DNA from: an uncultured Candidatus Rokubacteria bacterium | Lineage (GTDB): Bacteria; Methylomirabilota; Methylomirabilia; Rokubacteriales; DASRDR01 | Reading direction: 5' to 3' | NCBI GenBank assembly: GCA_963805625.1 | Contig: CAWDVE010000010.1 | Span: 1,728,001 to 1,792,000, forward strand | Length of the DNA stretch: 64,000 nucleotides | In this document: piece by piece, positions 62,568 through 64,000 of the stretch | Layout of the letters: each line of letters begins with the position of its first letter | Position numbering within the stretch: position 1 is the stretch's first letter | The notes under the pieces: model-generated | Database searches by the model: none | The model's input: only the letters and a program-made list of their open reading frames with translations | Told to the model about the DNA's origin: nothing | Position numbers and translations under genes: made by a program

Positions 62568-63744
62568 GGACCTGGAAGCGCGGCTCCGTGCGTTCGCGGC
62601 CTTCGCGCGATGTCGTTCGTTCTCGGCGGCCGCGCAGGAGCTCCGCATCAGTCAACCCGCTGTCTCCAAGCACGTCGCCGACGTCGAGCGTTACGCCGGT
62701 GTGCAGCTCGTCGAGCGCCGTCCCCGTGGTGGCGATCTCACCCCCGCCGGCGAGTTCGTTGCCAATCACGTGCTCCGCGCCCAAGCCCTCTTGGCGCAGA
62801 CCGCCCGCGGCATCGCCCAGTTCCGTGAGCCCGCCACCGGATCCTTGACGATCGTCGCGTCGGGTGTCCCGGGCACCTACCTATTGCCGGAGGTCGTCGC
62901 GAGGTTTCAGCGCGCCCATCCCGGCGTGCGAGTGAGCATTGAGCTAGCGACATCCGCGAAAGCGGTGGAATCGCTGCGCTCGCATCGCGCCGAGCTCGGA
63001 GTGGTCGGCGGCTTTGCCGCCGCGCCCGAGATCGAATCGGAGCCGCTCGTGGAGGACAAGATCGTCGTCGTGGGGCCCCCGCAGCTCGCTCGCCGGACGC
63101 TGTCGCGGAAGCATGCGGAATCGATGACGTGGATCTCGAGAGAGGAGGGATCGGCCTCTCGAGCGTCGATCGAGGCAGCCTGGGCCGATTCCGGCATCAC
63201 CCCGAGTCGACGTCTCGAGCTCCCATCCTGGGAGGCGGTGAAGCTGGCCGTGTCCCGTGGTGATGGCGTGGCCGGGTGCAGCCGATTCGCGGTCGAAGGT
63301 GAGCTGCGCACCGGCTCCCTCGCGCTCGTTCGGCTTCGGGGCTGGAATGTTCGGCGGACGATCTCCATCATCCGGCTCCGGGATGCTACGTCTACGCCGT
63401 CGGCGCGCGAATTCCTGACGATGCTGCACGCGCAGTGGGGTCGCAAGCCGTCAGGACGAGCACACCGGCCTCCGGATCGCACCCCTCCCGGAGATTCAGG
63501 CTGGGCAGTGACGGCCCGCATGGTCCCGCCCGCCAGCTCTGACCGCATCTCTTACTGGGCGGACCACGCCGTCCACGAGCCTATCGGGCTCGCGATGCAC
63601 GGTTCACAGCGTGTCGCCTACGAGCGGACCGTCGCAGCGACGCGCGTCGCGTTGGGCGAGGAGCGCTTCGCGGCGACTTGGGCACAGGGGAAGGCGATGA
63701 CCACGGAACAAGCTGTCGAGTACGCCCTCTCGGCCGCCGATTGA
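62566..63744 (+). CDS. LysR-family regulator with a foreign C-terminal extension
   Basis: SFSAAAQELRISQPAVSKHV HTH; substrate domain with REEGSASR; about 90 extra residues. Confidence 0.88.
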   Translation: MDLEARLRAFAAFARCRSFSAAAQELRISQPAVSKHVADVERYAGVQLVERRPRGGDLTPAGEFVANHVLRAQALLAQTARGIAQFREPATGSLTIVASGVPGTYLLPEVVARFQRAHPGVRVSIELATSAKAVESLRSHRAELGVVGGFAAAPEIESEPLVEDKIVVVGPPQLARRTLSRKHAESMTWISREEGSASRASIEAAWADSGITPSRRLELPSWEAVKLAVSRGDGVAGCSRFAVEGELRTGSLALVRLRGWNVRRTISIIRLRDATSTPSAREFLTMLHAQWGRKPSGRAHRPPDRTPPGDSGWAVTARMVPPASSDRISYWADHAVHEPIGLAMHGSQRVAYERTVAATRVALGEERFAATWAQGKAMTTEQAVEYALSAAD

Positions 63745-63862
63745 TTGCGCCACGTCAATTCAGGAACCGGCCTCCTCTGGCTCTCCGCGCAAGGCCACCG
63801 ATCCCGTAGAGTCCTCCGTGATAGACTGCGGGAGCACGTAAGATGAGCCAGGTGAGTTGATC

Positions 63863-64000
63863 ATGACCAAGAGCGTATTCACCGCCATCCTCGAGCGGGA
63901 AGGCGACGTCTATGTCGCGCTGTGCCCCGAACTAGATATCGCCAGCCAAGGGGCGACGATCGAAGAGGCCACCGCGAACCTCCGGGAAGCAGTAGCCTTG
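63863..64000 (+). CDS. hicB: Second HicB-family antitoxin (cut by window edge)
   Basis: MTKSVFTAILEREGDVYVALCPELDIASQGATIEEATANLREAV; paralogue of 41532. Confidence 0.88.
   Translation, partial: MTKSVFTAILEREGDVYVALCPELDIASQGATIEEATANLREAVAL

Overview
High-GC bacterial accessory region. The tandem ABC substrate-binding proteins, wHTH-AAA-TPR regulator and IS type suggest Ca. Rokubacteria/Methylomirabilota, which is an inference. From left to right it holds: two ABC substrate-binding proteins, a class III cyclase-TPR gene, a GH39/GH144-like pair and Fe/Mn-SOD; a ~21 kb arylsulfatase/envelope-protein neighbourhood with a sigma-54 activator and a FixL/FixJ-like two-component system; three 45-bp copies of the 3' half of tRNA-Gly(CCC); a sigma-54-type cytochrome c/molybdopterin-family/NrfD redox operon; an intact IS; and rhodanese, LysR and a second hicB. 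The tRNA halves sit in conserved att-like arms: a covarying hairpin on one side, and 10-bp-phased TCAC repeats plus GGKCASCA repeats. They delimit 6.0 kb and 11.9 kb units with no recognisable integrase. One unit carries a STAND regulator module; the other carries amide uptake/hydrolysis genes and two toxin-antitoxin pairs. This tRNA-Gly-anchored, integrase-less tandem cassette array is the most notable feature. About a dozen short gene fragments are scattered through the window. All calls come from motif recognition by eye; no database searches were run.
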